64,000 nucleotides of DNA from Lophium mytilinum (taxonomy: Eukaryota): contig MU004190.1 of assembly GCA_010093605.1 (NCBI GenBank), positions 1,310,961 through 1,374,960 on the forward strand, given 5' to 3'. The notes beneath the pieces are model-generated. The model saw only the letters and a program-made list of their open reading frames with translations. It made no database searches and was not told where the DNA came from. Position numbers and translations under genes: made by a program. Shown here in pieces: positions 47,724 to 60,623 of the stretch (positions are counted from its first letter, which is position 1; each line of letters begins with the position of its first letter).

Positions 47724-49772
47724 TCACGTATTACTGATGATGACTCTCGCGCCCTCCTTGCCCAGTACGCCCCTTTCCTTGGCCTTCGGGCTCCGGTCTC
47801 GTCCCTTTTTCCGGCTTAAAAAGCCGAGCATCCCCGACGGCTTGTCCATTTGCGCGTTCTTGTCTGCGAGCATGGCGCTGCTTTGGTTCGCCATTTCGCT
47901 CCATGAGCCGGTCTCGTTGAGCACAACCTGTACGCCGCCGCCCATGCTGGTGCTGCGTGTGCTGCCACGCTGGCGGTTCATGGGCCGCGAGAAGGACGGG
48001 GGAATGGTGCCGTCGTCGGTAGGGAAGTAGTCTGCAGTTTCGCCACGCTGGGAGGACGGGGAACCCGCGGGAGTCGGGGTCTGCGGACCAAGGGGATTGT
48101 GGAGGCGGGGCGGGCTGCCGTTGGGAGAGTGGGTAGTCGAGCGGTGGTTCGTGTTGGAGCGGGAGACAGCTGGGCGTAAATTGTCGCTGACGGCGGTTTT
48201 GGGCTGCGAGGTGGGGCGGGGCCAGTCGTTTGGCGACGAGGTCGAAGTGGGAGTGTGATTGCTGTTGTTGCTTAGATTGGTGGCTGTGGGATCTTCGACC
48301 ACTGCGACTATGCCGGGTGCGGCTGCCGGGCGTTGCTCCGCTACGGTGGTGTAGTTAAAAGGCTCAAATAAGGTTTCAATCATCTTGTGCAGCTCTTCGG
48401 CCCGAATCTCCTGGTCCGTTGCGTCGTCTTTCAGCTGCTCACGTGGTTTCTGCCGCCTCGCTCTCGCTTCAAGGGGCGCTTCTTCCAGGAGAAGCTCCTC
48501 CAGATCGTACGTTGCGTCAAAGTTGGTCTTTTCGCTCGAGGGTATGAAGATAGGCTCAATCTCTTTTCGCTCCAGTGCCTCGAAATCGAGTGGCCTGAAG
48601 AATGGGTTGTCAGAAAAAGTGTCGAAGCCGATAGCGCCAATTCTCTGCTTGCGGTCTTTCTCCAGGAGCGAGCTGATCGCATGTAGACAGGGCATGGTGA
48701 CCGGGGGGCTTGTCACGGGGAACGTGGGCTCTCCCTTCTTTATCTTTTCGGAGAGCCCTTCGTGGTTATTGGCTTCGAACGGCCGCTGGAAAATATTAGC
48801 GGTGTGATGTCATGGGCTCCTGCATGTCTTACTTTGTTGTAAATGCATTCGTAGAAGAGTACACCTAGCGACCACCAGTCAACTTCGCATGAGTAGCCTT
48901 TACCCTCGTATACCTCAGGTGCGAGATATGCTAGGGTTCCCGACTTGCTTGTTAGAGCCTTGTGGGGTGTGAAATCGGAAGCAACATTCTGTGGTGATTA
49001 TTTAGTTATGTCAGACCCTCAGTCGTCGAGTGACTTACAAAATCAGCCAAATGTACGTGTCCGTCAGAGTCAAGCAGGACGTTATCTGGCTTGATGTCCC
49101 TATGAACGATACCCTGCTGGTGTATATAACGCACGGCACAGCCCAGTTGTGCTATCCAGAAGCGTACAGCTTCTTCAGTAAATGTTTTCCTCGAGATGTG
49201 AAATCGCAGGTCGCCGCCATTCATTAAATCCACCACAATGTACCTGGGGCTGTCAGCAGGCATAGGCGAGGGTGGTCAAAAGTGCATCAACATACAGATA
49301 CTCAATGTCCTGGAAGCTGAAACGCAAATTGCAAAGGAATGGGTGGTTGAGATGTTCCAGCATCCGCCGCTCTCTTATTATATTTCGCACGCTCTCAGAT
49401 CGTACCACTGTTACACGGCATCAGCATGACAGCCTGGCCGGCGGGTCCTCAGCGTGACTAGCAGCCGAGTCCCGGGGGTGTGTCCAATGTTACTGACCTT
49501 CATCCTTCCGAATGTACTTGAGGGCGAATGTGAGGCCCGAGTGCTTCTCCTCGACGATGCGCACCTTGCCGAATGCTCCTTTGCCGACGACTCTGAGCAG
49601 GCGGAAGTGATTGAGGTTCACTGCAGGACTTTGACGTAAGCCAGTGTGCAATTGCTGGAGCTAAGGCGGGAGGCTCGAGGGAGCAGGGCGGTCGAGTGCA
49701 GCTCTGGGTGTACGGGGCAGACATACCTTCTTCGCCCGGCGCTCCTAGGGGCTTCCCGCTCGAGTTACCCAT
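47724..49772 (-). CDS. AGC-group Ser/Thr kinase, YANK/STK32 type
   Basis: MGNSSGK (possible myristoylation), [51 protein letters not shown]. Confidence 0.92.
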
Positions 49773-52700
49773 TATTTGGCGGCGATTGTGAGGGCGGCCG
49801 TTGGAGGTGCGGTTCGATTCATGCAGCCTCGAGGTGACGGGACTGCGGGGAGCGGAGGAGGAGCGAGCAGCGAGTGGAGGTGAAGGGCAGAACGGGTGGT
49901 GAAGACGAGTCAAGAAGTGGAGGAGGTCTTGGGGCTCTAGATGGGAAGGCGTGGAGTAGGGTAGGTATTGAGGTAGGGTTCCGTGTTCGTGGCAGTGGGT
50001 GGCAGTAGGTGAAACGGCTGGGATGCTGGGCAGTCAGACGGTGTTTTCTGGGACTTAGGAGAGAGCACTGAACAACGATAACAGGCGCGGAGAGCGTTAG
50101 CGGCCCTTGAGCCAGCAACCTCGTGGCCGGAGCTTGTACGCAGCTTGGGCCATGACTCGCCACGCAAAAGCTACGTCCTGACTCTCGTCCACGGCAGCCC
50201 CAAGCGCCTGGCCGCAACGGGTGCAAAGCAGCCCCTGGCCTTCCTGAGCAGGCGGAGCAGGCTTCACGAGACGGGGGCCCTGAAACTTTGGCTAGCCCGC
50301 ACGATGCGAGCAGTGGCGCCGCCGGAAGCACCGACTCTGATATCTCTTCCAAAGTTTCAGTGCAGATATCTATATCCAGCTGCGTGTCTCGACGTGGTGC
50401 CACGCTGCCTCATCGCCGTCCGACGTGTGCCAGAGACCAATGCGATCGCCCGCGTCCCCTACATGTGCGCCTCCTCCACGTGGCGGCGAGAGGAGTGGGG
50501 CATCTGGCCCCCAATGCTTCTGGAAGGCCAGCAGAAGACGACGGCGACGGTGAGGGCTAAGCTTTGCTCGAGCTCGACGCTTTCCCTATTCCTCGTCTGA
50601 TTGAAAACATCCGAATCTCACCTCTCAGCTTCACCGTATTTCGTTGCTTGCACGCTGCCTCACAGCATGGGCTGGCTTCCAGAGCCTCACAGCACGGCCT
50701 CTTATCCCGCGCATTCAACGGTCCCAGTACCGCGTCCTGCGTGTCTGGGACAGGCCAAGACCGGGCGCTGGGCAGAAGGAAACCTCGATACGGGTGCCAA
50801 TGCCAGTCCAATCTATTGCGCTCTACGGCGCTGTCATTTCCATGTGGACAAAAGCACAATTCCACGCCTCATGCCCGTCATCTCTAGCGTCTGGCAACTC
50901 CTCTCCGCACTCGGGTCTGCGCACATCTCCTGCCTGCCGCAGGAAAGGGTCAGACAAAAGCAACCTCCATACATTTAACCGACCCGGTACGTGCACGGGC
51001 GAGGGCCTCGTTAGTTGGTCTTGCAGATGGAGCATGTGCAGCAGTAGCACCGGCCAGAATAGTCAGCATGCTCAAAAGTCCGTGGGAACCCCCCGACAGT
51101 CGTCCCGGTCATTAAACTGCACTTCGCAGAGCTGTGACTGGCCTTCTGCATTACCACTTTACGGACCCCTCGCCCATCGGCATCAGCAGCTGCCGTTCTT
51201 CTGACATAACACGTCTTCTAGGCCTCCAGCGTCTCACACATTGACGTCTACCTGCAGCAAAGAGCCTCATCGGACACCGGCACCACGGGAGCATCCTGTT
51301 GCCTCAGGAGTCGATCCCACACCCGAGATGCAACGGACCGAGCGATTCCTTGGGCGTTGTCTTACGGCGTTGTTGGATTTGTCTTCAAAGATCCTTCGGC
51401 TCATGTTTCCCACGCCTAGCACCCACGCCAGGTACGACAGGCACGCGCGCGCCCTGCCTGCATGAAGCAGGTCTGGACCGCTCTATAGCCACATGGAACT
51501 CTGCAAAAGCAATCCCTTTGCATGACGTTCGCCCCGGCGCCTCTCCAACGCCCAGTTGTCAAATCTTCAGCCTTTCCCGCGCCTCACCATCAACCGTAAC
51601 TCATGTCCACACATCTCCTCGCCGTAATGTCACGGTCATGACAGCCCGCTGCTGTGTACCACACCCTGGACGGGGCTTATTCATTCCACTAGGCCGACTG
51701 TGCTCGCAAGCTCGCATGAACTTGTTCGGCAGAGTGTTGTCTTGCCTCTGCAAAACACCTAGACGACACTTCCCAGCGCCTAGGATCCAGGTCCATGTCC
51801 GCGTTGTTGCAAAAGACATTACCAGGTAGGAAATGATGCACTCGTCGTACCACTGGCTCGGGAATCCCGCGCAGATTGTCAACCGCTTGTGGCTTTTAGT
51901 ACTACCATCGAGCGACATGAATCTTCCAAAAATATGTGAATGTGTGCTTTTCTCCCCACCCAAAAGCACGAGACTCTCTTCTACTCAAGCCCTTCGAATC
52001 TACCCATCCGCGAGCACGGTGGCCTACTGCTAGTCTTGATCCGATCCCTGCCACACCCCGTACAGCAGCCCCCATTCAAAGCACATGGGCTTTTCCCTGC
52101 CTGCATTAACATCTTACACCTTCTTGCATCTCGCTACACAATAAGAAGGCGTCATGATGAGGCCTTTTCCGTCCCTTGTATTCCCGGCGTGAAGCTACAG
52201 TAGCTTTGGTAACACAACACCCTCAGAAGCAGAGCATGCATACGCGAGGCTGGCGGCATGGATGGCCTGGCCATTCTAGCTGCAAGTCGCTGTCATGGTA
52301 ATCTATCCAGCACGGGTAGTTGTTGGCTTCTTCCTCCCATGATTTGTCTCACTCTCGTTCTTTGGTGTTACAAAACAGTTCTTCTGTTCGTCTCACACTC
52401 TCAGATGTGAGAGGATCCCTTTATATCTTCCTATCATTGATTGAAGTTATCCTGACTATCTACGTATCCAGTAGAATATAATCATCGCATGTGTAATTCC
52501 AACCCTTTCATACTTTCGGCCATTCGCCTCTAAACAGCAATATATCCCTTCCTGCAACCGATCGACAGGATGCAGTCGTCTTTGAGCTTCTGAAGGGTCC
52601 ACTAGCCCGGGGAAGTCGCGCTCCGATCTCCGTCCTGGATCATCCGGATCTCGACATCTGATCGCGCGGGGTCCGCTCTCTGGACCGGTCCGTCCTGCAA

Positions 52701-53731
52701 CAGCTGTCAATGTGATAGCCGGAGATAGCTCCTGGATCTCGCTTCGACGAATTGACTATACTAGTTCATCTCTGTTTACGGTCATAGCCTGGACTCGGAG
52801 CATTCAACGCCTAGTATCAACTCCCTTCAGAACATGGGAAGTCTTGCTACTGGCTGCTTGGCACCATGCACCTCTAGCCAGCGCTCAGGTTACCACGCCC
52901 AGACACTTCCGGGGACGCACCTCGCCCACCTAGGCAGCTCCGATTACCAACCACATACCTGGACACAGCACGCAGCGACCACGCGCCCACCCACACCTTC
53001 ACGTCTTCAAGCCTGTCATGCACGCCTTACCGCTACCAAGCCTTTCCCATTTCTCAGGGAGCCTTCTCCACATCGCGCCCGCCGTACCCTCGTTTCTTTC
53101 CGGCTCGTTCTGCAGCCTACGCCTGTAGTATTCCGTTTCGTCTAAGCCCGCCATACACAAATATGTTAACGTTTACGCGCACTTTCTCTCGCTTTCCCCA
53201 GAGCTGTAAGACGCCCATACCCGCATCACGTATATCCACTCGCCCACCAAATCGTGTGACACCTTCCCTCTCCCTGTTCTCGGGGCATAGGTACCCTTCT
53301 CGGGGTGCACAAGCCCAGCCTCGCGTGGCTTGTCTGACACACGCTTACCATCTTATGCTGTGCCATGTCTCGACGGTCGGCGTACGAATTGGGCCCGAAA
53401 TCGGACTACCTAACCAGCGGGGTAGGTCTGAAAACATAGGGGCTTCGGGTACACAAAAGTTTCAACGACCCGTCAGCTGTTTCTATCATCGATAGTCTTT
53501 TCGCCCCTTTCTCAAGAGAAGTCGCTGGCCGATTCAATTGATATAGGGTAGGGCGACTTAAAGCAGAACCCATTCCCTACAGATAGGCGGTGGTACTGCA
53601 AGGTATGTCTTGAATATGATTGCGAACGAGGTTACAAGGTGATAGTATTCGAGCACGTGACTATACTTGGAAATGAATTGTTGATTACTAAGCTCCTTTG
53701 TAAGCTACTATTGATGAATGTCGATTGAAAC

Positions 53732-55421
53732 ATGTCCCCAAAGATTCCAACTAGACATGAACGAGTGTTGAAAATCAGCATGCCCAATCCTTCATTTCTT
53801 TTCGTTCAAGTCCAGGACACCGGAAAGGTTTCCCCGCGCAAAGATGTTCGGACCGCTATCCAGAAACATGTCATGCGAGATATTGGAGCTGCGAGACGGG
53901 GTAAACCCCGTCGCAAGGTCATGAGTGAACAGACCGCAGAGACCGCAGGTCAAGATCAGGTTCCCGTCTCAATATGGGCTATGTTAGCTCCTGCACTGGT
54001 TTCCGGTGGCGCTCGGACGAATCCTTTTGCTAGCTATCCGATACCCATGAACCCAGACACGTTCTTCCTGATCGACTACTGTGAGTTTACTGTTCTTCAA
54101 AAAGGCACAGAAATCTTACTAGATTGACGGCGATGTAGTATACACCTCCCCAGCACCCCGTCTCCGCCCATTCAGAGACACATGGCTTCCCCTCAGCCTG
54201 TCCGACCCAGCACTCTTCTACGAGATTCTCTCGCACGTCTCTCTTGACGTCGCCGCTGTGGATCCTGGGTGTTCAGACCGCCGTCGAAACCGCGCGCTGA
54301 AACTGCACGTCCTCGCGCTTCAGGATGTGAATAGGAGGCTGGAAGATCCGAGTAAAGGGTTGAGTGAGGGGGTCATTGGGACCGTTCTTGCTTTCGCATG
54401 CTTCAGTGTGAGTATTTCATCCGATCCACCGGGTGACTCATGCGCAAGATCTAATGGACGAAGCACTTAGCCAAAGATTGGAAGAGCTACGAGGCGCACA
54501 TGGAGGGCTTACAGACTATCATCCGGCTGAAGGGGGGAATGCATAAGCTGGATCACAACCGCATGCTGAGGCTACTGCTCTCAGGGTACGTATCTAACCT
54601 TCCCCCCAGTTCCCAACCCCCTCTCCTGTATTGCTATAAAACTACACACGCGTATACCTCCCTATCTACACGCTACGCAACGAGACACCACCCGCTAACA
54701 GCCCCACCCCAGCATCGACATCTCCGCCTCCTGCTTCTCCAACACGCCCCCCAAATTCCCCCTCCCCCTCCACGCCCTCTCCACCCTCCGCGCCGAGCAC
54801 CTCGAACTCCCCTGGTGGCTCCCCCCCGGCGCCACCGATGCCTCAAACATGTGGACCCTCGTCTTCCCCTCCGACACCCCCCTCGCCGATATTTTCAGAG
54901 ACCTAGCCACCGCCGTCATGACCCTTAAGCTAGAAACCACCCGCAGCGGGCGGCCGTTGTGGCTCGATACTCAGTTCGTGCGCGACTACCTCGACCCGCT
55001 CACGCACCGGCTGCTCGAGACGAGTATCGGGGTCGAGGCGGTGAATAGCGGGAGTTTTAGGGGGGAGTGCTCGCGGCTTGCGGCGGTGATTCTGTTGGGG
55101 AAGATTAGACGGGCGGCGAGGGGGGGGAGGGGCGTGTTTATGGGGATTGAGACGGAGAAGTTGAGGGTGCTGCTTGTGAGGTATGGGAGCGAGTGGACGG
55201 TGTTTAAGCCGATGTTGTTATGGGTGCTTGTGCTCGGGGCGCTGGAGGTGGAGGGGGAGGAGAGGGGGTGGTTTTGTGCGATAATTAGGAAGACGGCGGG
55301 GGAGATTGGGTTGAGGGGGTGGGATGAGGTGGTGGTGACGGTGTCTAATCTGCTTTGGGTGGAGGAGGTGCTGGGAGGGGAGGGGGAGGGGTTGAGGGGT
55401 GGTGTTGGGATGGAGGGATGA
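53732..55421 (+). CDS. Fungal-specific transcription-factor-domain protein without an evident Zn2Cys6 cluster
   Basis: VRTAIQKHVMRDIG, GGARTNPFASYPIPM, WLPLSLSDPALFY, ALQDVNRRL, HMEGLQTIIRLKGG, MLLWVLVLGALE; three introns. Confidence 0.75.
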
Positions 55422-55539
55422 GGGGGTGGGAGGTGGTAGGTGAGTTGTTTGAACGGACTTCAGCTTGTTGCTGAATATGATGGGTCATTCATGTTCAATC
55501 TGGTTTGCTTGAACTACTACATGGGCCGCTCTCTGCACA

Positions 55540-55735
55540 ATTACTCACATTACTCACATTACTCACATTACTTACATTACTCCCATTACTCCCATTACTC
55601 CCATTACTCCCATTACTCCCATTACTCCCATTACTCCTATTGCTCCTATTACTTACATTACTCACATTACTCCCATTACTAGCCTTATTGACATTACTAG
55701 CCTTACTGACATTACAAGCCTTATTGACATTACCA
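55540..55735. repeat. 9-bp minisatellite (ATTACTCAC/ATTACTCCC) grading into degenerate 18-bp units
   Basis: About 15 near-identical 9-mers to ~55680, then ATTACTAGCCTTAYTGAC-type units. Confidence 0.92.
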
Positions 55736-56078
55736 TAGTGTCGACATACGCGAAGGTCAATCTTTTGGCCGTATCTTCCGCAAGGAACCATCATGTCCGT
55801 CGCGTGGTCTTCGATTTCGGGCCAGTTTTGTTTGGCTTCTTTGAAGTCTGATCACGAACTGTCTTGTTCTTTGTCTGCTTGTCGACCTTCGCTTCTTTTG
55901 GTGTCTTCGTCGCTTTCTTGCCTGTCGCATTTCGTCTACTCCCTTCGAGGTATCCTTCTTCGCCTTCCCTCGCCGTTCCTTCGGTGCTTCGTGCCTCTTA
56001 GTCATTATGGTAGGCCTCCGGTTCCCCAGTCTGATCTACGTTGTCGTCTCCTGCCTTTTTCCCGATTTTCCGTCTCTT

Positions 56079-57265
56079 CTATGGTTCTCGATATTCCTTT
56101 GCAGCATCATCGTACCCAGACCCCTTGTCATCCCCCTTCTTTCCGCTCTTCTTCTTTTTGACCTCCATCTCCACAATCCCCTCACAATCTCCATCCCCAG
56201 ATTCTCGCACCCGGGCCTCCTCCACCCTAGCCCTTTCCCTTTCCTCCGCCCTCTCCCCAAACTCCCTCTGCCTCACCGATCTCCCATGCCCATAATCCGT
56301 CAGCTCCCGCATAAGCGTCCCTTGCCGCTCCACCTCCTCCCACCTCCCCGCAGCCACCGCCCCCTCCACCAAAATCGCCACTACCCCCGTCCAGCTCTGC
56401 GGCACCACCAACGGCCTCAACCCCCGCGAAATCTCCCCCTTTTCCTCCTCCGTCGGCGCCCTCGCATCAACCCACCTCCCGCGGCACCCACGTGACAAGC
56501 GCCAGCGCCACAGGCATCGCGAACGCCTCCCCAAACAGCCGCGCGACGCTCTTGGACCCCGCAAAAACCTCCTCCTGCGCCAGCTCCCCATCGCGCAGCT
56601 CGCGCAGCGCAGCCTTCTCGAGGTCCGCGACGGCAACGGCTTTGTACCCCTCGCCGCTAATAAGGCCATGAGCGAGGTACTCATGGTCGCCTCTCCCGAT
56701 GAGCTGCGGCGCGTGCCAGACCTCCACGCCGTTGCCGAGGGCCTGGGTGTCGAAGACAGCGAGATGCGGGTGGCGGCCGCGGGGGCCGTACTCGCCGTCG
56801 GCGAAGCGCAGCGCGACGGCGAAGGAAGCCGCCCAGGAGCTGAGTTCGGTCTCCGGGAGCGAGGCGCCGCGGTAGTGGGATGCGGCCATGGCGTGTAGCT
56901 CGGTGTGGGTCAGGTCGTATGCGTTCGCGTGGCCGCGGCCGCGGTTGAAGGCGGGCGGGGAGACGCGGGAGATGCTGTTTAGACCTGCTTCGCCGCCGCC
57001 GGATGCGGAGTGTCAGCCGCGGAAGAGGTAGCGGGGGACGTGGTATTATCGAAAGTCTGGAGGTTGGGGGTCAGTTTGGGCTTGTTGGTGGGTCAGAGTA
57101 GGGGGGTTGTTACTTTCGAGCCTGTTTTTGTTGGCTTTGTCTATCTTGAGTTATGCGCAGACTTCGGATTTTTCGAGCAGATGGTATTGTTGGTTCGAGA
57201 GCGGAATTGCAGATTAAGAGGTGATGTCGTAGTGCCAGCGGGCTTATATTGTATAGTTGAGACAT
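56079..57265 (-). pseudogene. Disrupted gene of an uncharacterised fungal family (PRYLFRG..SGG..LN / LSSWAAS / HEYLAHG)
   Basis: In-frame TGA at 57015-57013 (PRYLFRG*HSASGGG), frameshift near 56480, further stops downstream of 56079. Confidence 0.65.
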
Positions 57266-57443
57266 AGTAGAATGTTTTGGATGAAGAAAGGTCATCTAGC
57301 TTATTCCAACGTAGGGAGTAGAAAGCTCTAGAGTAAGAACATGATAGGTAGCGGCTTAGTCAATACAGAACGATAGACCCCATTCAACAGAAACCGATCG
57401 ATTTCCACACCCACCAGACCCCTCGTATCTCAAGCGAACCCCC

Positions 57444-58509
57444 TCAAAGCCCCTGGATCCCCTGAATCCCCGTCCACTCCACATCCCCCCTCTCCGCCAA
57501 AATCCTCCTCACCGAGTCCTCGAACCGCTCCGGCTCAAAGTTGAACACCCCATTATCCCACGGCTTCGGCACCCCCACCGTCCCCGGCTCCCCCAGCGAC
57601 TTCTTCAGCAAAAACGCCAACTCCCCATCCACATCTCCTCTCTCCCTACACGCCTCCGCCCTCTCCACCGCATCCTGCTGTGAGTAGTACGTACACGCAT
57701 ACTTCACCCCCTGCACCTTCTCCAGCGTCGCAACAACCTCCTTCCACGCATACACCCCCTCAGGGACGCGGAAGACACGCTCCCTCCCCGCAGCCTTCGG
57801 AAGAAGCGTCGACTGCAAGATATACCGCGCGGCACTGCACAGACGTCAGTCCCTACCCACACACACACACTTGACGAGGAAAGAACCACAACCAACTCAC
57901 TCCGCCGCCGCCACCCACTCCGCCCTCTTCTCCGAACTCCCATACAGCACAAACGTATGCTTCTCCGTATCAACACCAAACAGCGGCATCAGCGCAAACT
58001 CGACAAACGCGCCCGTGATAACGAGAGTGTAGTTGAAACCCGGGGTTTTCTGCACCGCGGCGCGGAGGTGCGCGACCGTGCGCTGTTTCTCGCGGAAGTA
58101 GGGGTTGGTGAGGTAGGCGCCTTGGTGGCAGTCGCCGCCGTACTCAGAGGGGTAGAATTCCGTGACGCCGGCGGCGATGGCGGCGTCGATGATGGCGGGT
58201 TGGGCGGCCATGACGTGGTTGCCAAGGAGGGAGATGACGGTGTCGAAGCCTAGAGGGGGAGTGTTGGGAGGGGTGTGGAGGAGAGGGTGGGGGAGGGGGG
58301 GAGGTACCTTTGAAGGAAGAGGCGTCCGTGTAAGAGCCGATGATGAGTTCGAAGCCTTTGGTTTCCATGTCTGTGAATTTGTGGCGTTTGGACTCGGTGG
58401 TGAGGATGGCGAGGCGGGTGAAGCTGGAGCGGTTGTGGAGGAATTCGTTTGAGACGTGGACGCCTAGCCATCCGCTTGCGCCAATTAGGAGGACGGAGGG
58501 GGATGCCAT
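57444..58509 (-). CDS. NmrA-like / isoflavone reductase-family oxidoreductase
   Basis: VLLIGASGWLG, FDTVISLLG, IIDAAIAAGVTEFYPSEYG, YFREK, YTLVITGAF; two introns. Confidence 0.88.
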
Positions 58510-59552
58510 GGTGTGGACGCCGGTTGTACAATAGCTGACTGATTTGAGAGTAGATGAAGAAGTGACAATGGGTCAATGCGATGGAAGAGAGGTTGTTCGG
58601 TGCAGAATGCGGGCTTAAGTACTCCTCAGAACAAGGTCCAAGAAGCTCCATCCATGACACGTAATGCCGCGTTATTAGAAATCCAAATAACTGCTGAATG
58701 TGTTATTAGAGCATGTGGCACAAGGAAAGGTATGAATCTGGAAAACTAAGATGAAATAGGCAGTGGGTGTTAGCCTGAGCCAATCAGACCGTGGCCTGTT
58801 CAAAGTACGTACCATGCTACCTGCACAGACACCCACTTCCTATCTTAGCCTAGTATACCTTAGCGCAGATGTCATGTCCGGTCGAAACCCCAACTTTATA
58901 GCGAGTGCACCGCGATCGAACATACCTGCTACCGTTTGCAGTTTAATGTTGATATGCCGAAGTAGACTTGCAATCATTACCCATCACTGACCAGCAACCG
59001 TTGTGAGTGAGACTGTTCGGTCAGTCCCGCGAAGACAAAGAAATTGTAGCGTAGAGAGTAAAGAATTCGGTGTTTATTCATGACTCGGTCGCCTTGAAGT
59101 CTACTGGCCGCTTGCTGAAAACCAATTCCCAGCCTAGTTCGAAGCTGGCACCGCATTGCCTCGTGTATGAACCCGCCACGACCGTATTTCTGACTGGAAA
59201 ATACCGAAGGGGACGGAGAAGTAGAAAATGAAAGAACAAAGCAATGAGATCCAACCACGCGACCCGTTACACTCAAATCCAAGTCAAGTTGCCTCCTCAA
59301 GCCTGACGACCAGGCACGGATCAATGTCCCGAGAAAGTAGAAACATGAAACTCCTATGCAAACGCCTAGAGCCCCGTGGGCTGAGCCGAAGAAACACAAA
59401 TCGTGCGTTGTCGCTATTCATGACGAAGAATATGGTCATGTGGCTATAGACGTACTCGAGTCGAAATCGAGACGCACTGAAGCCGGTGCCCTCCTAAGAT
59501 GCTGGGGATATATGTAGAAAGAACGCCAAAGTGGAAAGGGCACGATGGGAGG

Positions 59553-60623
59553 CTAGATCTCCTCCATGTTGCCTGCGGGCTCCTCGTCTTCGCCTGACGC
59601 ATAGCTGCCGACAGAGCTCATCTCATCGTCAAGGTCGCTTTCTTCGTCCGCTTCGTCGGCGGCGTCTTTGGAGGCATATTTGGCGACGTATTCTGTGAAT
59701 ATATTAGAATGTTGTTGGAACAGAAGTGGAAAAGACTGCCACGAGAAGTCCATGTTCTGTGATTTCAGGGGCACGAAGTGGCGACTCACCCTTCACCTTT
59801 GCATCATAACTCTTCGGCTCCCGCATCAGCAACGCTGCAGCCTCGCCGTTCAAAGGATCGGTGGGGTTTGGGTAGCGGAGAAGTTGAGGTAGGAAGACTT
59901 CGAAGATGTTGATCATGTCATACATTGGTGACCAGGTCTGGTTGATGACATCCAGGCATACGGAGCCAGATCTTCATGAGAGTTAGTCGCAGTCTTGGGG
60001 TTCCAGGACAGGGGTCATACAACTCGTCGATGTTGGGGTGGAATATGCGATTCACGAAGCCAATACTGGGGCTCTTGTAGGGATATTGGTCGGGGAGTTC
60101 GACGTGGATCTTCCATAGACCGCCGGCGAAGGGTGCTGTGTTAGTGTTAGTGAGTGAGAATCTACGGTTATATTGGGGACTACCCACTCTCTTCAGGGCC
60201 CTTGAATCGGACGTAGAACTCTTGCCTGTAGTACGTTAGGGCTATGTTGAAGCCGAGTAGTGTAGTTGGTAGAAAGATAGTGTAACGAACACTGCGCCGG
60301 GTTAGCTACCATCCGCGGAGCCAGTATCGGGCAACTTCAACATACTATTGTCATTGACCAGAGTTACTTCGTAGTCGCTCATCAACCTGTTCAAGTCTCA
60401 GCCTGGTGTTCAGATATATCGGGACTGGTAGGAGCTTTAGGGGGCGTAGTAAACGTACATCCTATTCTTGTTAGCGGAGTTCATCATCAGTGGAATGTAG
60501 TGACTTACTTCATGACCTGAACGCGCCGCAAGAAAGCTCGTTAGTCTTTGCCCTTCGCATAGCTCCAGGTCATGTCTGGAAGGCACTTACGTCCGTCTCG
60601 ATACGTCTCTTTGGGCTGCTCAT
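59553..60623 (-). CDS. UBC8: Ubiquitin-conjugating enzyme E2, Ubc8/UBE2H type
   Basis: Spliced [47 protein letters not shown]...[27 protein letters not shown]...acidic tail; requires micro-exons (see findings). Confidence 0.95.

Noticed and set aside
49800..53700. Numerous 60-190 aa ORFs in the long intergenic region
   Set aside because: Overlapping on both strands, R/S/P/C-rich and motif-free; consistent with non-coding regulatory DNA.
55540..55735. Regular repeat considered as CRISPR-like or telomeric
   Set aside because: No spacers, eukaryotic context, and the unit is not TTAGGG-like.
60226..60345. Stwintron interpretation of the UBC8 double intron
   Set aside because: [D1,2] needs a G before the first donor (it is A); [A2,3] yields AAT ACA AGA, out of frame.
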